Made by a program: the position numbers and the translations under genes | The notes under the pieces: model-generated | Seen by the model: the letters and a program-made list of their open reading frames with translations, nothing else | Databases searched by the model: none | Told to the model about the DNA's origin: nothing | Shown: positions 29,827 to 41,995 of the stretch, in pieces | How positions within the stretch are numbered: position 1 is the stretch's first letter | How the letters are laid out: each line of letters starts with the position of its first letter | Assembly (NCBI GenBank): GCA_963723305.1 | Contig: CAVRRT010000017.1 | Location: 87-64,086 of the forward strand | Source of the DNA: an uncultured Pseudomonadota bacterium | Lineage (GTDB): Bacteria; Myxococcota_A; Polyangia; Fen-1088 | Direction of reading: 5' to 3' | DNA length: 64,000 nt

Positions 29827-29900
29827 GGCGTTGCCGTGCGGCAACGGTGAACGAAGCGAACGACGCCCCACCTCCACGTCCTGCCGCCCGGAGGCGGCCC
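29827..29900. repeat. intergenic double-hairpin repeat, copy B
   Basis: GGCGTTGCCGTGCGGCAACGGTGAACGAAGCGAAC...TGCCGCCCGGAGGCGGCCC. The first 35 nt match copy A at 32/35. The last 19 nt are identical. Confidence 0.6.
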
Positions 29901-29941
29901 GGCGCCCGCGCCGACCGCCGACGCGCTATCCTCGGCGCCGC

Positions 29942-30709
29942 ATGAGCGACCCAGCCGTCGTCGTCGATTCGCTGGTCAAGCGCTTCGCCTCCAAGACCGC
30001 CGTGGCCGGGCTGTCGTTCTCGGTCGCCGCGGGTGAAATCTACGGCCTGCTCGGGCCGAACGGCGCCGGCAAGACCACCACCCTGCGGGTGCTGGCGGGG
30101 ATCCTGAGGCCGACCACCGGGCGCGCGCTGGTCGCCGGGATCGACGTCGCCGCCCATCCTCTGGAGGTCAGGCGGCGGCTCGGTTTCCTGACCAACACCA
30201 CCGGGCTCTACCCGCGGCTGACCGGACGCGAGCTGCTCGACTACTTCGCGCGCCTCTTCGGGCTGACGCCGGCGGAGGCCGACGCGCGGATCGCTGCGCT
30301 GGCGCGCGCGCTCGACCTGGCGCCGTTCTTCGGCCGCCGTTGCGAAGCGCTTTCGACCGGCGAGCGCCAGCGGCTCTCGATAGCGCGCGCGATGCTCCAC
30401 GACCCCGCCGTCATGATCCTCGACGAGCCGACGGCCGGCCTCGACATCCTCGCCTCGCGGTTCCTCCGCGCCTTCGTTCGCGCCGAACGCGACCGCGGGA
30501 AGGCGGTGGTGTTCTCCACTCACTACCTGGCTGAGGCGGAGCTGCTCTGCGATCGCATCGGACTCTTGCATGAGGGGCGCCTCCTGGCCGAGGGAACGCC
30601 GGCGGCGCTGCGCGCGAGCGCGGGCGACGCTCCCAGCCTGGAAGAGGCGTTCTTGCGCCTGGTCGCCGCCGAGCAGACACAGACCGGCGCGGCGGAGACA
30701 GCGCCGTGA
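29942..30709 (+). CDS. ABC transporter ATP-binding protein (NatA-like)
   Basis: Walker A GPNGAGKTT, signature LSTGERQRL, Walker B ILDEPTAGLD. Confidence 0.9.
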   Translation: MSDPAVVVDSLVKRFASKTAVAGLSFSVAAGEIYGLLGPNGAGKTTTLRVLAGILRPTTGRALVAGIDVAAHPLEVRRRLGFLTNTTGLYPRLTGRELLDYFARLFGLTPAEADARIAALARALDLAPFFGRRCEALSTGERQRLSIARAMLHDPAVMILDEPTAGLDILASRFLRAFVRAERDRGKAVVFSTHYLAEAELLCDRIGLLHEGRLLAEGTPAALRASAGDAPSLEEAFLRLVAAEQTQTGAAETAP

Positions 30710-32677
30710 AGCTGCGTGAGGTGAGGCTGGTCGCGGGGAAGGAGCTCCGCGAGACGTTGCGTGATCGGCGCACGCTGGCGGTGATGGTGCTCTTCCCGCT
30801 GGCGGTCTACCCGCTCGTGTCGCTGGTGACGGCGCAGGTGCTGGCCGCCCGGGTGGCGCGGGTCGAGGCGCACGTGGCGCGCGTCGCCGTGAGTGGCCCA
30901 CCTCCCCTCACCGTCGAGCTGCGCAGGCGGCTCGCCGGGGCCGCGGTCGTCGTCACCGCCGCCGCCGATCGCGCCGACCTCTCCGCCAACCGCGTCGACG
31001 CCATCGTCGAGGTGGCGGCCGGAGCGCCCGGCAAGCCTCGACCGGCACGCCTCTATTTCGACGAGACCCGCGAGGAGTCGACCGCCGCGCGCGACCGCGT
31101 CGCCGAAGCGCTGGCCGCTCCCGCCGACGGCGCCACCTGCGCGCCGGCGTTCTCCGTCGTGACCGCCGGCATCGCGCCGCGCGCGCAGGTGAGCGGCTAT
31201 CTCCTCTCCAAGGTCCTGCCGCTGGTGGTGGTGGTGATGGTGATGCTGGGCGCGTTCCACCCGGCCATCGACATCACCGCCGGCGAGCGCGAGCGCAGCA
31301 CGCTGGAGACGACGCTGTCGGCGCCGATCGATCGCGCGGCGCTGATGGCGGGGAAGGTGCTGGCAGTCGCCACGCTGGCCTCGCTCACCGGCTTCCTCAA
31401 CCTCGCCTCCATGTCGCTCACCGTTCTCGAGGGGACGCGCCTCCTCGCCGGCGGCCCCAAGGCGGCGATTCCGATCCCTTGGCTCCGCACCGCCGCCGCG
31501 TTCGCGGTGGTCCCGCCGACGGCATTCCTGTTCGCTTCGATCATGGTGGCGGTCGGCGCGCTCGCCCGCAGCTTCAAGGAGGCGCAGGCGCTGCTGACGC
31601 CGATCTACTTTCTCTGCATGGCGCCGGCGCTCACCGCCGGCCTGGGCGACTTCCGGCTCGGCGGCGTGACCGCCTGGATTCCCGGCGTGGGGGTGACGCT
31701 GCTGGCGCGCGATTCTGATCCTCGGCCGCGCGTCGTTGGGCATCGCGCTGGCGGTTCTGGCCAGCACGGCGCTCTACGGCGCGGCGGCGCTCGCGCTGGC
31801 CGCCCGTCTCTACGACTCCGAGCGGCTCTTCTTCACCGACGAAGCCGGCATCGGCCTGGGAGCCTGGCTCCGGCACATCGTGAGCGGCCGCGCCGCACCC
31901 GCCGACGTCGCCAACGGCGAGCCCCCGACGGCCGGCCAGGCGCTGGCGCTCTACGGGATCGCCTGCGTGCTGCTCTTCTTCGTCTTCGCTCCGCTGCAGG
32001 CCTGGCGCCTCGGCCCCGGGCTGGCGCTCTCGCAATGGGTCGGCCTCGGCGGCCTGACCTGGCTCTACGCGCGCGGCCGGGGACAGACGGTGGCCGAGGT
32101 CATCCGCCTCCGCGCCCCATCCGGGACCGCCATGGCGGGTGCGCTGCTGATCGGCCTTTCGGCCTGGGTGGTGGTCGGCCTCGTCGCCGCGTGGATCCTT
32201 CCGGCGCCCAAGGAGGTCGTCGAGAGCTTGCGCCACGCGGTGGCGCCCGCCGACGGCGGTCGGGGCACGCTCCTCACCCTCTTCTTGATGGCGCTGACAC
32301 CGGCCATCTGCGAGGAGGCTCTCTTTCGTGGCCCCATCCTGCGCGGGCTGGCGACCCGTTTCTCCCCCGCCGTCGCCGCCATCCTGACCGGGCTTCTCTT
32401 CGGCATCTTCCACGCCGATCCCTGGCGCTTGCTCCCCACGGCGGTCCTCGGCGTTGCTCTCTCCGGGATCGCGCTCGCCAGCGACTCGATCGTGCCGGCG
32501 ATGGCCGCTCACTTCGTCAACAACGCCTGCCTCATCATCCTGGCGCGCCTGAATGCCGACGACACCGACGCGCTCGCGACTGGCACGAAGCTGCTGTTCG
32601 GCACGCTCGGTGCTTTCACTTTGGCGGTCGGCGCTCTCCTTTTGGCCCGCGCGGCGAAGACGCGCCGCGGTATGTAG
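30706..32677 (+). CDS. ABC-2 permease fused to a CPBP (CAAX/Abi) intramembrane protease domain, one frame break near 31700
   Basis: The N-terminal half is ABC-2/NatB-like. The C-terminal half (frame of 31736..32677) has CEEALFRG, FGIFHA and AHFVNN, the three CPBP motifs. The frames join at ...LLARD/ILGRASLGIAL. Confidence 0.75.
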
Positions 32678-32708
32678 CCTACTTCACCGACTTTTGACAT
32701 TCCGATTC

Positions 32709-33419
32709 ATGCTACAACCGCGTCAAATGGCGGTGGACGACAAGGAAGCGATCGGGTTGTTGCGGCGGTGTGCGGTGCTGGCGGAGAGCCCCCTCGACGT
32801 TCTTCAGGCTCTTTTGCCTGGGCTGAGTCTTGGCAGCTACCGGCCGCGTCAGGTCATCTATCTTCCGGGGGACCGCGCCCAGGGGGTCCACTTCCTGACC
32901 AGCGGGCGAATCAAGATTTCCAAGGTCACGCGCGACGGCAAGGAGCTGACGCTTGCCTACCGCAGCGAGGGTGATTTTTTCGGCGAGCCCTGCCTGCTCG
33001 AGGGGGGACCTCGCGAAGAGATGGCGGAGGCGATGGACGCCTCGACGACCGTCGAGATCGCGCGCGAGGCGCTCGACGAAGTGCTCAGGAACGACGGCGG
33101 AGCGGCCTACAAGTTCGCGCGCGCGCTCATCGCGCGGCGCAAGGACCTGGAGACGCGCGTCGAGCAGCTCATCTTCAAGGACGTGGGCGCCAAGCTGGCC
33201 GAGCTGCTGCTCAGCCTCGGGCAGGAGCACGGCGTGCTCGATCAGCGCGGCCTGATCGTCGGCCTCAAGATCACGCACCAGGAGATGGCGAACCTGATCG
33301 GGTCGACGCGCGAGACGGTGTCGCTGACCCTCTCGCAGTTCAAGCGCAAAGGCTTGATCCAGACCGAAGGACGCAAGGTCATCCTCTCCGACCAGGAAGG
33401 CCTGCGCGCGCTGGGGTAA
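32709..33419 (+). CDS. Crp/Fnr-family transcriptional regulator
   Basis: cNMP-binding-like barrel (GRIKISKVTRDGKELTLAY...GDFFGE) and a C-terminal HTH (THQEMANLIGSTRETVSLTLSQFKRKGLI). Confidence 0.85.
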   Translation: MLQPRQMAVDDKEAIGLLRRCAVLAESPLDVLQALLPGLSLGSYRPRQVIYLPGDRAQGVHFLTSGRIKISKVTRDGKELTLAYRSEGDFFGEPCLLEGGPREEMAEAMDASTTVEIAREALDEVLRNDGGAAYKFARALIARRKDLETRVEQLIFKDVGAKLAELLLSLGQEHGVLDQRGLIVGLKITHQEMANLIGSTRETVSLTLSQFKRKGLIQTEGRKVILSDQEGLRALG

Positions 33420-33424
33420 GGCGT

Positions 33425-33457
33425 CGCGCCGTCGGCCGCTGCTGCGGTGACGGCGCG
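33425..33457. terminator. hairpin between convergent genes (no U-tract)
   Basis: CGCGCCGTC-15 nt-GACGGCGCG, a 9-bp stem between the crp-like stop (33419) and the RRM gene stop (33467). Confidence 0.35.
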
Positions 33458-33466
33458 TTCAGGCTG

Positions 33467-33883
<417 letters not shown>

Positions 33884-34196
33884 TTCTCTCTCCTTCGTTA
33901 CACGGATTCGGGGGTTCGGCGCGTCTCGGGCACCAACTAGGGAGAAATCTGGGCGACCGGCGATTGCCGTCGCGGCGCGCCGGACCGAACGGTCAACAGC
34001 GACGGCTCGCGGTCGGGATCTGCACCGGCCGGGCGGAGAGTGGAAACGAGGGGCGACTGACGTGGCACCGCGGAAACTCGCCTGAACGCCTTAACTCTAA
34101 CAGCCCGCCCGCGGACTGTCGATGGGGTGCCGGCCGCCGCCAAGCGGGAGCGGGGGCGCCAGGATTGTGTCCCGCCAGGCGCCCGGATCGCCTGCT

Positions 34197-35264
34197 TTAG
34201 CCGCGCCGCAGGGCTTCGAGCACCGCGTCGCCCGCGGTTGCCGTCCCGGCGGTCGGGGTCCCTGCGGGCGCGAGGTCACCCGTCAGGACGCCGCCATCGA
34301 TGGCCGCCGCCACCGCGCCTTCGATCGCGCGCGCTTCGGCTTCGAGCCCCAATGAATGCCGAAAGAGCAGCCCAACGCTGAGGATGGTGGCGTATGGGTT
34401 GGCGATCCCTTTGCCGGCGAGGTCAGGTGCCGAGCCGTGGATCGGCTCGTAGAGGCCCCGCTTCCCCTCGCCGAGCGACGCCGAGGGGAGCATCCCCATC
34501 GAGCCGACGAGCATCGAGGCCTCGTCGGTCAGGATGTCGCCGAACATGTTCTCGGTGACGATCACGTCGAAGTCGGTCGGGCGGCGGATGAGGTGCATCG
34601 CGCAGGCGTCGACCAGCATGTGCGAGAGCGCCACGTCGGGGAACTCCTCCTTCATCACCCGCACCGTCACCTCACGCCAGAGGCGCGAGGTCTCGAGCAC
34701 GTTCGCCTTGTCGACGGAGGTGAGCTTCTTGCGCCGCCCGCGGGCGATGCGCGCGGCGGTGCGCACGATCCGCTCGACCTCGGCGACGGTGTAGACGCAC
34801 AGATCGGAGGCCCGATCGCCGTCGCGCATCTTGTCGCCGAAGTAGATCCCGCCCGTCAGCTCGCGAACGACGATCATGTCGACGCCGGCCAACAGCTCGG
34901 GGCGCAGCGGCGAGGCGTGCACCAGCTTGGCGTTGACCGCCACCGGGCGCAGGTTGGCGAACAGGCCCAGCGCTTTGCGAATCGCCAGCAGCCCCTGCTC
35001 GGGGCGCACCTTGGCCCGCGGGTCGTCCCACTTCGGGCCGCCGACGGCGCCCAGCAGCACCGCGTCCGCGGCGCGCGCGATCTCCAGCGTCTCCGGTGGC
35101 AGCGCCGAGCCGGTCTCGTCGATGGCGATGCCGCCGATGAGCGCGTCCTTCAGGGTGAAGGTGTGTCCCCACTTCTCGCCGACCGCCGCCAGCACGCGGC
35201 GGGCCTGATCGACGACCTCCGGGCCGATTCCGTCACCGGGCAAAACTGCAATCACAGCGCGCAT
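34197..35264 (-). CDS. leuB: 3-isopropylmalate dehydrogenase
   Basis: [17 protein letters not shown]...NLRP...[13 protein letters not shown]...[14 protein letters not shown]. Confidence 0.9.
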   Translation of the reverse strand: MRAVIAVLPGDGIGPEVVDQARRVLAAVGEKWGHTFTLKDALIGGIAIDETGSALPPETLEIARAADAVLLGAVGGPKWDDPRAKVRPEQGLLAIRKALGLFANLRPVAVNAKLVHASPLRPELLAGVDMIVVRELTGGIYFGDKMRDGDRASDLCVYTVAEVERIVRTAARIARGRRKKLTSVDKANVLETSRLWREVTVRVMKEEFPDVALSHMLVDACAMHLIRRPTDFDVIVTENMFGDILTDEASMLVGSMGMLPSASLGEGKRGLYEPIHGSAPDLAGKGIANPYATILSVGLLFRHSLGLEAEARAIEGAVAAAIDGGVLTGDLAPAGTPTAGTATAGDAVLEALRRG

Positions 35265-35332
35265 TTCGTTACGTTTCCTCCGGTTTCGAGCCGGCGCACG
35301 ATACAAGAAGACCGCAGGACCGCAAGCGAGAA

Positions 35333-37006
35333 TCAGCGGCGGGCGATGGGGTAGCGGCGGCCGGGGCCGAACGACTTGCCGGTGATCTTGAGGCCGGGGG
35401 GCATCTGGCGCCGTTTGTACTCGCTCTGCTGGACGCGCCGGACCACGTCGCGCGCGACCGCGGCGTCGAAGCCCTGCGCCACCAGCGCCGGCAGGTCGAG
35501 CCCACGGACGAGGTGCGCGTTCAAGATCGCGTCCAGCAGATCGTAGGGCGGCAGGCTGTCCTGATCGGTCTGGTCCGGCCGCAGCTCGGCCGACGGCGGC
35601 TTGGTCAGCGTCGACTCGGGGATGACCGCGCGCTCGCCGTTCACCGCGCGCGCCAGACGGTAGACCAGCGTCTTGGGGACGTCGCTGATGACGCCGAGGC
35701 CGCCGGCCATGTCGCCGTAGAGCGTGCAGTAGCCGGTGGCGATCTCACTCTTGTTGCCGGTGCTGAGCAGCAGTCGATCCTGTCGGTTGGAGAGCGCCAT
35801 CAGGATCGCGCCGCGCACGCGGGCCTGGAGATTCTGCGCGGTGAGATCGGCGGCGGCCGTCGCGGCCTCCGGAGCGGCCGGCGCCGCGAAGGCCTCGAGC
35901 GCCGGCGCCAACGCCGCCAGGTAGGCGGCGAACATCGGCTCGATCGAGACGACGGTGAAGTCGATCCCCAGGTTCTTGGCCAGCGCCTCCGCGTCGCTCA
36001 ACGAGCCGGGCGACGAGTAGCGCGACGGCATGGCAACGCCGAGCACGTTGCGGGGGCCGAGGGCGCGCGCGGCCAGGCAGGCGACCAGCGCCGAGTCGAT
36101 GCCGCCCGAGAGACCGAGGAGCGCCCGTGAGAAACCGCAGCGGCGCGCGTAGTCGCGCGTGCCGAGCGCCAACGCCGCCAGCGCCGACGCCTCGTCGGAG
36201 GCCTCCAGCGGCCGCAGATCGCCGGTCGCCGCGTGGCCCTCCACCTCGACGACGATCAGATCGCTGGCGTGCTCCGCGCCGCGCGCGACGACCCGGCCGG
36301 TGGCGTCGAACGCCAGGCTGGCCCCGTCGAACACCAGATCGTCTTGTCCGCCGACCTGGTTGACGAACAGCAACGGGCGGCGCCACCGCTCGGCCGTCGC
36401 CGCCAGCATGCGCGGCCGCAAGTGGCGCTTCTCCAGCGTGTAGGGCGAGGCCGAGAGGTTGAGGATGATCTCCGCCCCGCCGCGGACGAGCGCCTCGATC
36501 GGATCGGCGCGGTAGAGCCGCGCCGGCCAGAAGTCGGCGTCGTTCCAGATGTCCTCGCAGATCGAGATCCCCAGGGTGCGCCCGCGAAACAGCACCGGCG
36601 CCACCTCGGTGGCGGGGTCGAAGTAGCGCCGCTCGTCGAACACGTCATACGTCGGCAGGAGGGACTTGCGGGCCACGTGCACCACCCGTCCGCCGTCGAT
36701 CAGCGCGGCGCTGTTGTAGAGCCCTCTCCCCGCCGTCGTCTCTCCGCGCTCGGGGAAACCGACCAGCGCCGCGGTCTTCGCGCCGGCCAGGGCGACCGTC
36801 AGGCCGTCGAGCGCGGCGCGCGCGGCCTCGACGAACGCCGGGCGCTCCAGCAGATCCTTGGGTGGATAGCCGCAGAGCGCCAGCTCGGGAAAGATCGCCA
36901 GCGCCGCGCCGCGCGCCTCGGCCGCCGCCACTGCCTCCAGGACCAGGCGGCTGTTCCCCTCGAAGTCGCCGACGGTCGGGTTGATCTGGGCGAGCGCGAT
37001 CTTCAC
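35333..37006 (-). CDS. nadE: glutamine-dependent NAD+ synthetase
   Basis: N-terminal CN-hydrolase domain ([14 protein letters not shown]..., ICEDIW) plus a synthetase domain (GLSGGIDSA). Confidence 0.9.
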   Translation of the reverse strand: MKIALAQINPTVGDFEGNSRLVLEAVAAAEARGAALAIFPELALCGYPPKDLLERPAFVEAARAALDGLTVALAGAKTAALVGFPERGETTAGRGLYNSAALIDGGRVVHVARKSLLPTYDVFDERRYFDPATEVAPVLFRGRTLGISICEDIWNDADFWPARLYRADPIEALVRGGAEIILNLSASPYTLEKRHLRPRMLAATAERWRRPLLFVNQVGGQDDLVFDGASLAFDATGRVVARGAEHASDLIVVEVEGHAATGDLRPLEASDEASALAALALGTRDYARRCGFSRALLGLSGGIDSALVACLAARALGPRNVLGVAMPSRYSSPGSLSDAEALAKNLGIDFTVVSIEPMFAAYLAALAPALEAFAAPAAPEAATAAADLTAQNLQARVRGAILMALSNRQDRLLLSTGNKSEIATGYCTLYGDMAGGLGVISDVPKTLVYRLARAVNGERAVIPESTLTKPPSAELRPDQTDQDSLPPYDLLDAILNAHLVRGLDLPALVAQGFDAAVARDVVRRVQQSEYKRRQMPPGLKITGKSFGPGRRYPIARR

Positions 37007-37065
37007 GGTGCCGTCGATTCTAGCGACTCCGGGCCGGCGGTGGAGAGGCGTGATAAAATAGTGCT

Positions 37066-38583
37066 GTGACCATCGCGAGCGAGGTGATCGCGCGCCCCCC
37101 TCGAGCCCCCGACCCGACGGACCCGGCGACGCGCCCCCTGGATGTCCCCAGGAGAAGCCGCATCTACGTCAACCGCAACCTGCGGCTCGACAAGATCGAG
37201 ATGGTCGGCTTCGACATGGACTACACGCTGGCGCTCTACAACCAGGCGCGGATCGAGGAGCTGTCGATGCGGGCCACCCTCGACAAGCTGGTGACCGCCA
37301 AGGGATACCCGAAGGCGATCCGCACCCTCGGCTATGACCCGATGTTGGCGGTGCGCGGCCTGGTGGTCGATCAGGAGAACGGCAACATCTTCAAGCCCGA
37401 CCGTTACGGCTTCCCCGGGCGGGCGCGCCACGGCCTCAAGAACATCGATCGCGCCCAGGTGGGCGAGCTCTACCAGCGGGAGCGCACCCGCCTCTCCAGC
37501 CGGCGCTACGCCTGGATCGATTCGCTGTTCGCGCTCCCGGAGGCGGTGCTCTACGCCGTGCTGGTCGACTACTTCGACCGCCACGATCCGCCCGGCAAGC
37601 CGGACTACACCGCCCTTTGGCAGCACATCCGCGAGTGCATCGACCTCGCCCACCGCGACGGATCGATCAAGACCATCGTCAGCGCCGATCTCGCCAGCTA
37701 CGTCGAGCGCGACGAGGCGTTGGCCGAGACGCTGCACAAGTTCCGCTCCTCGGGGAAACGGCTCTTCCTCCTCACCAACTCGGCCTGGGACTACACGTCG
37801 GCGATGATGAGTTACCTCCTCGACGGCGCGCACAGCATCGATCAGTCATATCCGTCTTGGCGGCATTACTTCGACGTGATCGTGGTGAGCGCCGGCAAAC
37901 CGGAGTTCTTCACCGAAGAACGCCCCTTCGTCGAGCTCGACACCCAGGGGAACCCGCTCGGCAAGAGCCCGTCCGGCCCGTTTCAGCGCGGGCGCATCTA
38001 TTCGGGGGGCAACATCAAGGATTTCCAGGAGCGGGCGCGGGCCAGCGGCGATCGCGTGCTGTTCGTCGGCGACCACATCTACGGCGACATGTTGCGCTCG
38101 CGCAAGTCCTCGAACTGGCGCACGGCCATGGTGCTGCAAGAGCTGGAGCACGAGGTGACGACGCACGATCGGCTGCGCCCGGAGCTGGGCCGGCTCGATC
38201 GGCTCGACGGCGAGCTCATCCACCTCGACTCCGAGCTGAACGAGCGGCAGGCGGCGCTGCGGGCGCTGCAGAAGAACGGCGCTGAAGCGCCTGACCCCGC
38301 GGGGACGAGCCCGCGAAGCGCGCCATCAAGGAGGCGATCGAGCGGGTGCGGCGCGACCTGCGCGCAGACGGCCCCCAACACCGCGCGCTGGAGGACGCCA
38401 TCGATGACGCGTTCAATCCCTACTGGGGACCGATGTTCCGCGAGGGGTACGAGATCAGCAAGTTCGGCGAGCAGGTGGAGGCCTACGCCTGCGTCTACAC
38501 CAGCCGCGTCTCGAACTTCCGCTTCTACTCGCCGATGCAGTACTTCCGCGGCCCACGCGACCGCATGCCGCACGAGACGATAG
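37066..38583 (+). CDS. HAD-superfamily cN-II-type 5'-nucleotidase, frame break near 38296-38304, true stop uncertain
   Basis: [33 protein letters not shown] and [11 protein letters not shown]. The C-terminus continues in the 38346 frame ([16 protein letters not shown]...[12 protein letters not shown]...[12 protein letters not shown]) after a CCCC/GGGG run. Confidence 0.75.
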   Translation: MTIASEVIARPPRAPDPTDPATRPLDVPRRSRIYVNRNLRLDKIEMVGFDMDYTLALYNQARIEELSMRATLDKLVTAKGYPKAIRTLGYDPMLAVRGLVVDQENGNIFKPDRYGFPGRARHGLKNIDRAQVGELYQRERTRLSSRRYAWIDSLFALPEAVLYAVLVDYFDRHDPPGKPDYTALWQHIRECIDLAHRDGSIKTIVSADLASYVERDEALAETLHKFRSSGKRLFLLTNSAWDYTSAMMSYLLDGAHSIDQSYPSWRHYFDVIVVSAGKPEFFTEERPFVELDTQGNPLGKSPSGPFQRGRIYSGGNIKDFQERARASGDRVLFVGDHIYGDMLRSRKSSNWRTAMVLQELEHEVTTHDRLRPELGRLDRLDGELIHLDSELNERQAALRALQKNGAEAPDPAGTSPRSAPSRRRSSGCGATCAQTAPNTARWRTPSMTRSIPTGDRCSARGTRSASSASRWRPTPASTPAASRTSASTRRCSTSAAHATACRTRR

Positions 38584-38610
38584 CGGCCGGGAAAGGGCCG
38601 CGAGCGACCT

Positions 38611-40248
38611 CTAGCGACGAAAACGGGAGGCAGGCTGCGCGCCTCCTCGACGCCGAGGGCGCGGGCGGCGGCGAAGTAGACGGCGGCGCCGATGGCGATG
38701 GGCACGAAGGCCTTGAGCGGCGAACATCGCGGTGCCCGCGCCCGGCGAGCAGCTCGAGTGCGCGGACGAGACGAGCCAGACGACGGCGGCCATGATGGCG
38801 GCGGCCGCGACGATCTCGAAGAAGCGGCGACGACCAGATCGCGCGTGAAGAGGCCGTGGATCTGCGCTCTGGTACGCCAGCACCAGCACCGAGAAGTTCA
38901 CCAGCGCCGCCAGCGACGTCCCGAGCGCCAGGCCCGACGTGGCCGAAGCGGCGGAAGGTCGGTGATGTTCCAGACCAGGTTCGGCCGCGACGGCGCGTCA
39001 CGCTGGCCGGCGACCGGCACGCGCGTGCGGCCGAGCGCGTAGAACGCCGGCGCGACGACCTTGATGGCGGCGTAAGCGACCAGGCCAACGGCGTAGCCGG
39101 AGAGCGCGCGCGCCGTCTCGACGCGTCGCGTGCGGCGAGAACCGGCCGTGCTGGTAGATGAGGCGGATGATCGGCACGCCGAGCAGCGCCAGGCCGACCG
39201 TCGACGGGACGGTCAGGAACAGGACCATCCGCAGTCCGCGGCGCAGCGTCGCCCGCAGCGAGGTCCCAGTCGTCGCGCGCGGCGTCGCGCGACAGGTGGG
39301 TGAGCGCCGTCGTGCCGACCGCCACGCCGAACACCCCGATCGGCAGCTGCATCAGCCGAAAGGCGTACGACAGCCAGGAGAGCGCGCCGTCGGAGATGAG
39401 GCTGGCGAACGACGAGTTGACGACCACGTTCACCTGCACGGCGGCCACGCCCAGCGTCGCCGGCGCCATCAGCATGGCGATCCGCCGCGTGCCCGGATCG
39501 CGAGAGCGCGAGGTCGGGGAGCAGGCGCGGACGGAAGCCGGAGCGCCACAGCGGCGGCACCTGGATCGCGAGCTGCGCGAGCCCGCCCGCCAGCGTGAAC
39601 GCCGCCCAGGCGGTCACCGCCGACGCGCGACGACGGCCGATGAAGTAGACGACGGCGCCGCCCGCGATGGCCACCAGGTTGAACATCGAGGAGGCGAGCG
39701 CCGGGCGCGGTGTACTTCTCCTCGGCGTTGAGCGCTCCCATCGCCACCACCGCCAGCGAAATCGCCGGCAGGAACGGCATCATGATCCGGACCAGCCGCG
39801 CGCAGAGCGCCGCCTTCTCGGGCGAGAACCCGCTCGCCACCAGGTGGACGACGGGCCCCGGGAAGATCATCGCCAGCAGCGGCCACCGCGCCCAGGTAGA
39901 TCGTCAGCGTCGACATCACCCGGTTCGCCAGCGCGTGCGCCGCCGGCGCGCCGATTCGCGCCGCAACGTCGCCACGTAGGTCGGCACGAACGCCGTCGAC
40001 AGCGCCCCCTCGGCGAACAGATCGCGCAGCAGGTTGGGGATGCGGAACGCCGCGAGGAACGCGTCGCTGTAGAGCCCGGCCCCCAGCGTGAGCGCGAAGA
40101 TCTGCTCGCGCGCGAGCCCGAGCAGGCGCGACAGCATGGTGAGCGCGCTGACCCGGCGCGCGCCGCTCGCCAGCCGCTCCCCGCCGCGATCGGCCGCCGC
40201 CAACTCACCGGCGGACGGCGCGCTTGCCAGATCGGCCTCGCCGCCCAC
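38611..40248 (-). pseudogene. murJ: lipid II flippase MurJ, reading frame broken at least eight times
   Basis: N-terminus ...[58 protein letters not shown]. Later MurJ-like segments ([103 protein letters not shown]) lie in alternating frames. Confidence 0.8.
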
Positions 40249-41198
40249 TACCGGTGCCCTTTCGCCAGCTCTCCGAGCTCCACCGCGCGATCGCGCAGCG
40301 GCGAAGCGGGCCCGCGCCCAAGCTCATCCAAGAGGGCGCGGTCGGCGGGCGTTCTGGCGGCTGCCAGGCAGTCGAGCATCTCGACCGCATCGGCGGGAGG
40401 CGTCGTCTGCGCCCTGGCCATCACCCGCGCCGCCGCGACCGCGCGAGGGCGACGGCGCGGTCTCCTTGCCGGCGGGACGCGGCGCCCTTCGACGCGGCAG
40501 TCGGCCGCCGCCGCCGCCGCGCTCACGCTCCGATCGCCGTCGCCGATCGCGCCGGCCAGGACCGCCGCGCGGCCCCGCCCCGCCGCCGCCACCAGCGCCG
40601 CCGCGCGCCTGATCTCCGCCGCCGGATCGTGCGCCAGCGGCGCCAGATCGGCGTCGGCGCGGCAGCTCGGCGCCGCCTCCTGAATCGCGTCGAGCGCCGC
40701 CAGCCGCGCGGAGAGCGGCGCCTCCTTGCGCGCCGCCAGCGCCTGCAGGCCGTCGCAGCCGCGCGCGACCAGATCGGGCGGCACGTCCCAGTCCTCGAGC
40801 GCCGTCGGTACCGCACCGTCGAGCAGCGACCCCAGAGCGGACGCGGCCGCCGTGGCGCGCGCCGCATCCGACGCCGGCAACGCGTCGGCGATCGCGCCCA
40901 CCAGGAGGACCCCGCCGCGCGTGAAGGGCACCGCCGCCAGCGCCGCCTCCGCCACCGGCTCGTCAGCGCCGGTGATCGCCTCTGCCAGCCGCGCCGGCCC
41001 GATCCGATCCCCCAGGCGCCCAAGCGCGCTTCGATCGCCGCGCTTGCGGGCCTTCACCAGCTCGGAGAACGCCGGCACCAGCTTGCCGGTCCGTTCGTTG
41101 GCGTGCCGCGAGCGGGCCTGTGCGCCCGGGAGAGTGACGACCGCCAAGACGGCGGCGGCGGCGACGACGACGGCGACGAAGACGCGGGGGCGAATCAC
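40248..41198 (-). CDS. secreted Ala/Leu-rich (HEAT/ARM-like) hypothetical protein
   Basis: GTG start and signal-like N-terminus, followed by helical repeats. Abuts the murJ start and the upstream ORF's stop. Confidence 0.45.
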   Translation of the reverse strand: MIRPRVFVAVVVAAAAVLAVVTLPGAQARSRHANERTGKLVPAFSELVKARKRGDRSALGRLGDRIGPARLAEAITGADEPVAEAALAAVPFTRGGVLLVGAIADALPASDAARATAAASALGSLLDGAVPTALEDWDVPPDLVARGCDGLQALAARKEAPLSARLAALDAIQEAAPSCRADADLAPLAHDPAAEIRRAAALVAAAGRGRAAVLAGAIGDGDRSVSAAAAAADCRVEGRRVPPARRPRRRPRAVAAARVMARAQTTPPADAVEMLDCLAAARTPADRALLDELGRGPASPLRDRAVELGELAKGHR

Positions 41199-41765
41199 TC
41201 ACATCAGGGTTATCACCCCTTTGGCGTAAACGTCTGCTTTTCCGGCGGGCGGTTCGTCCGCGCGCGGGATGACGGCGATCTCGTAGCGGTGCCCGCGCGC
41301 GAAGCCCATCACCTCGGTGACGACCAGATCGTTGATGGAGAGCTCGTTCTGGCCGGGCTGGCCATCCACCTCGAACATCTTCACCTCGCGGCGGTCCTTG
41401 GGATCCGTCACGTCGGTCGCGCGCAGCCGGAACGACGCGGTCTTGGGGGCCGGATCGAGGAAGGCGACCAGGTGCAGCCGCCAGAATCCATCGGCTCCCT
41501 CCACCGTCGTGCGCTTCAATCGGCGCAGCGCCTCGATCATGGCGGCCCCCGATGGAAATTGTGCCGCGGAGGCGATCAGCACGTCGCTGAAGACCACCTG
41601 CCCGTGGAACTGCCCCCAGGTCAGCGCGGCCGTCGGCGCGGTCGTCGGCATGATCGCCGGCGCGAGCGCCGGGGCCTGGGCCCGTGCGCGCCCGGCCATC
41701 AACGCAACCAGAGCTGACACCAGCAACCAGAACCCCAGCCCCGCCATCGCCACGTCGCGCCGCAT
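41199..41765 (-). CDS. secreted hypothetical protein
   Basis: MRRDVAMAGLGFWLLVSALVALMAGRARAQA signal peptide. No family was recognised. The start is chosen among three in-frame ATGs. Confidence 0.45.
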   Translation of the reverse strand: MRRDVAMAGLGFWLLVSALVALMAGRARAQAPALAPAIMPTTAPTAALTWGQFHGQVVFSDVLIASAAQFPSGAAMIEALRRLKRTTVEGADGFWRLHLVAFLDPAPKTASFRLRATDVTDPKDRREVKMFEVDGQPGQNELSINDLVVTEVMGFARGHRYEIAVIPRADEPPAGKADVYAKGVITLM

Positions 41766-41995
41766 CCCGACCTCCCGCCGCATCAGCCTTCGACTCAATC
41801 TTGGTCGGCGGCGCGGTCCGTCAAGAGCCATCGACCCCGGGCGGCCGGTGCGGGGGCGGGCATCGCGGTCGATATTGTATTGACCCCCTGTCCGCGCTAC
41901 AAAATGGGACGGCGGCGTTTCCGCAGTCCTCTTATTCCTTGTTTTCTTCCCTGTATTCTTGGGAGACGCGTCACCCCTACTGAAAGGCCTTCGCC

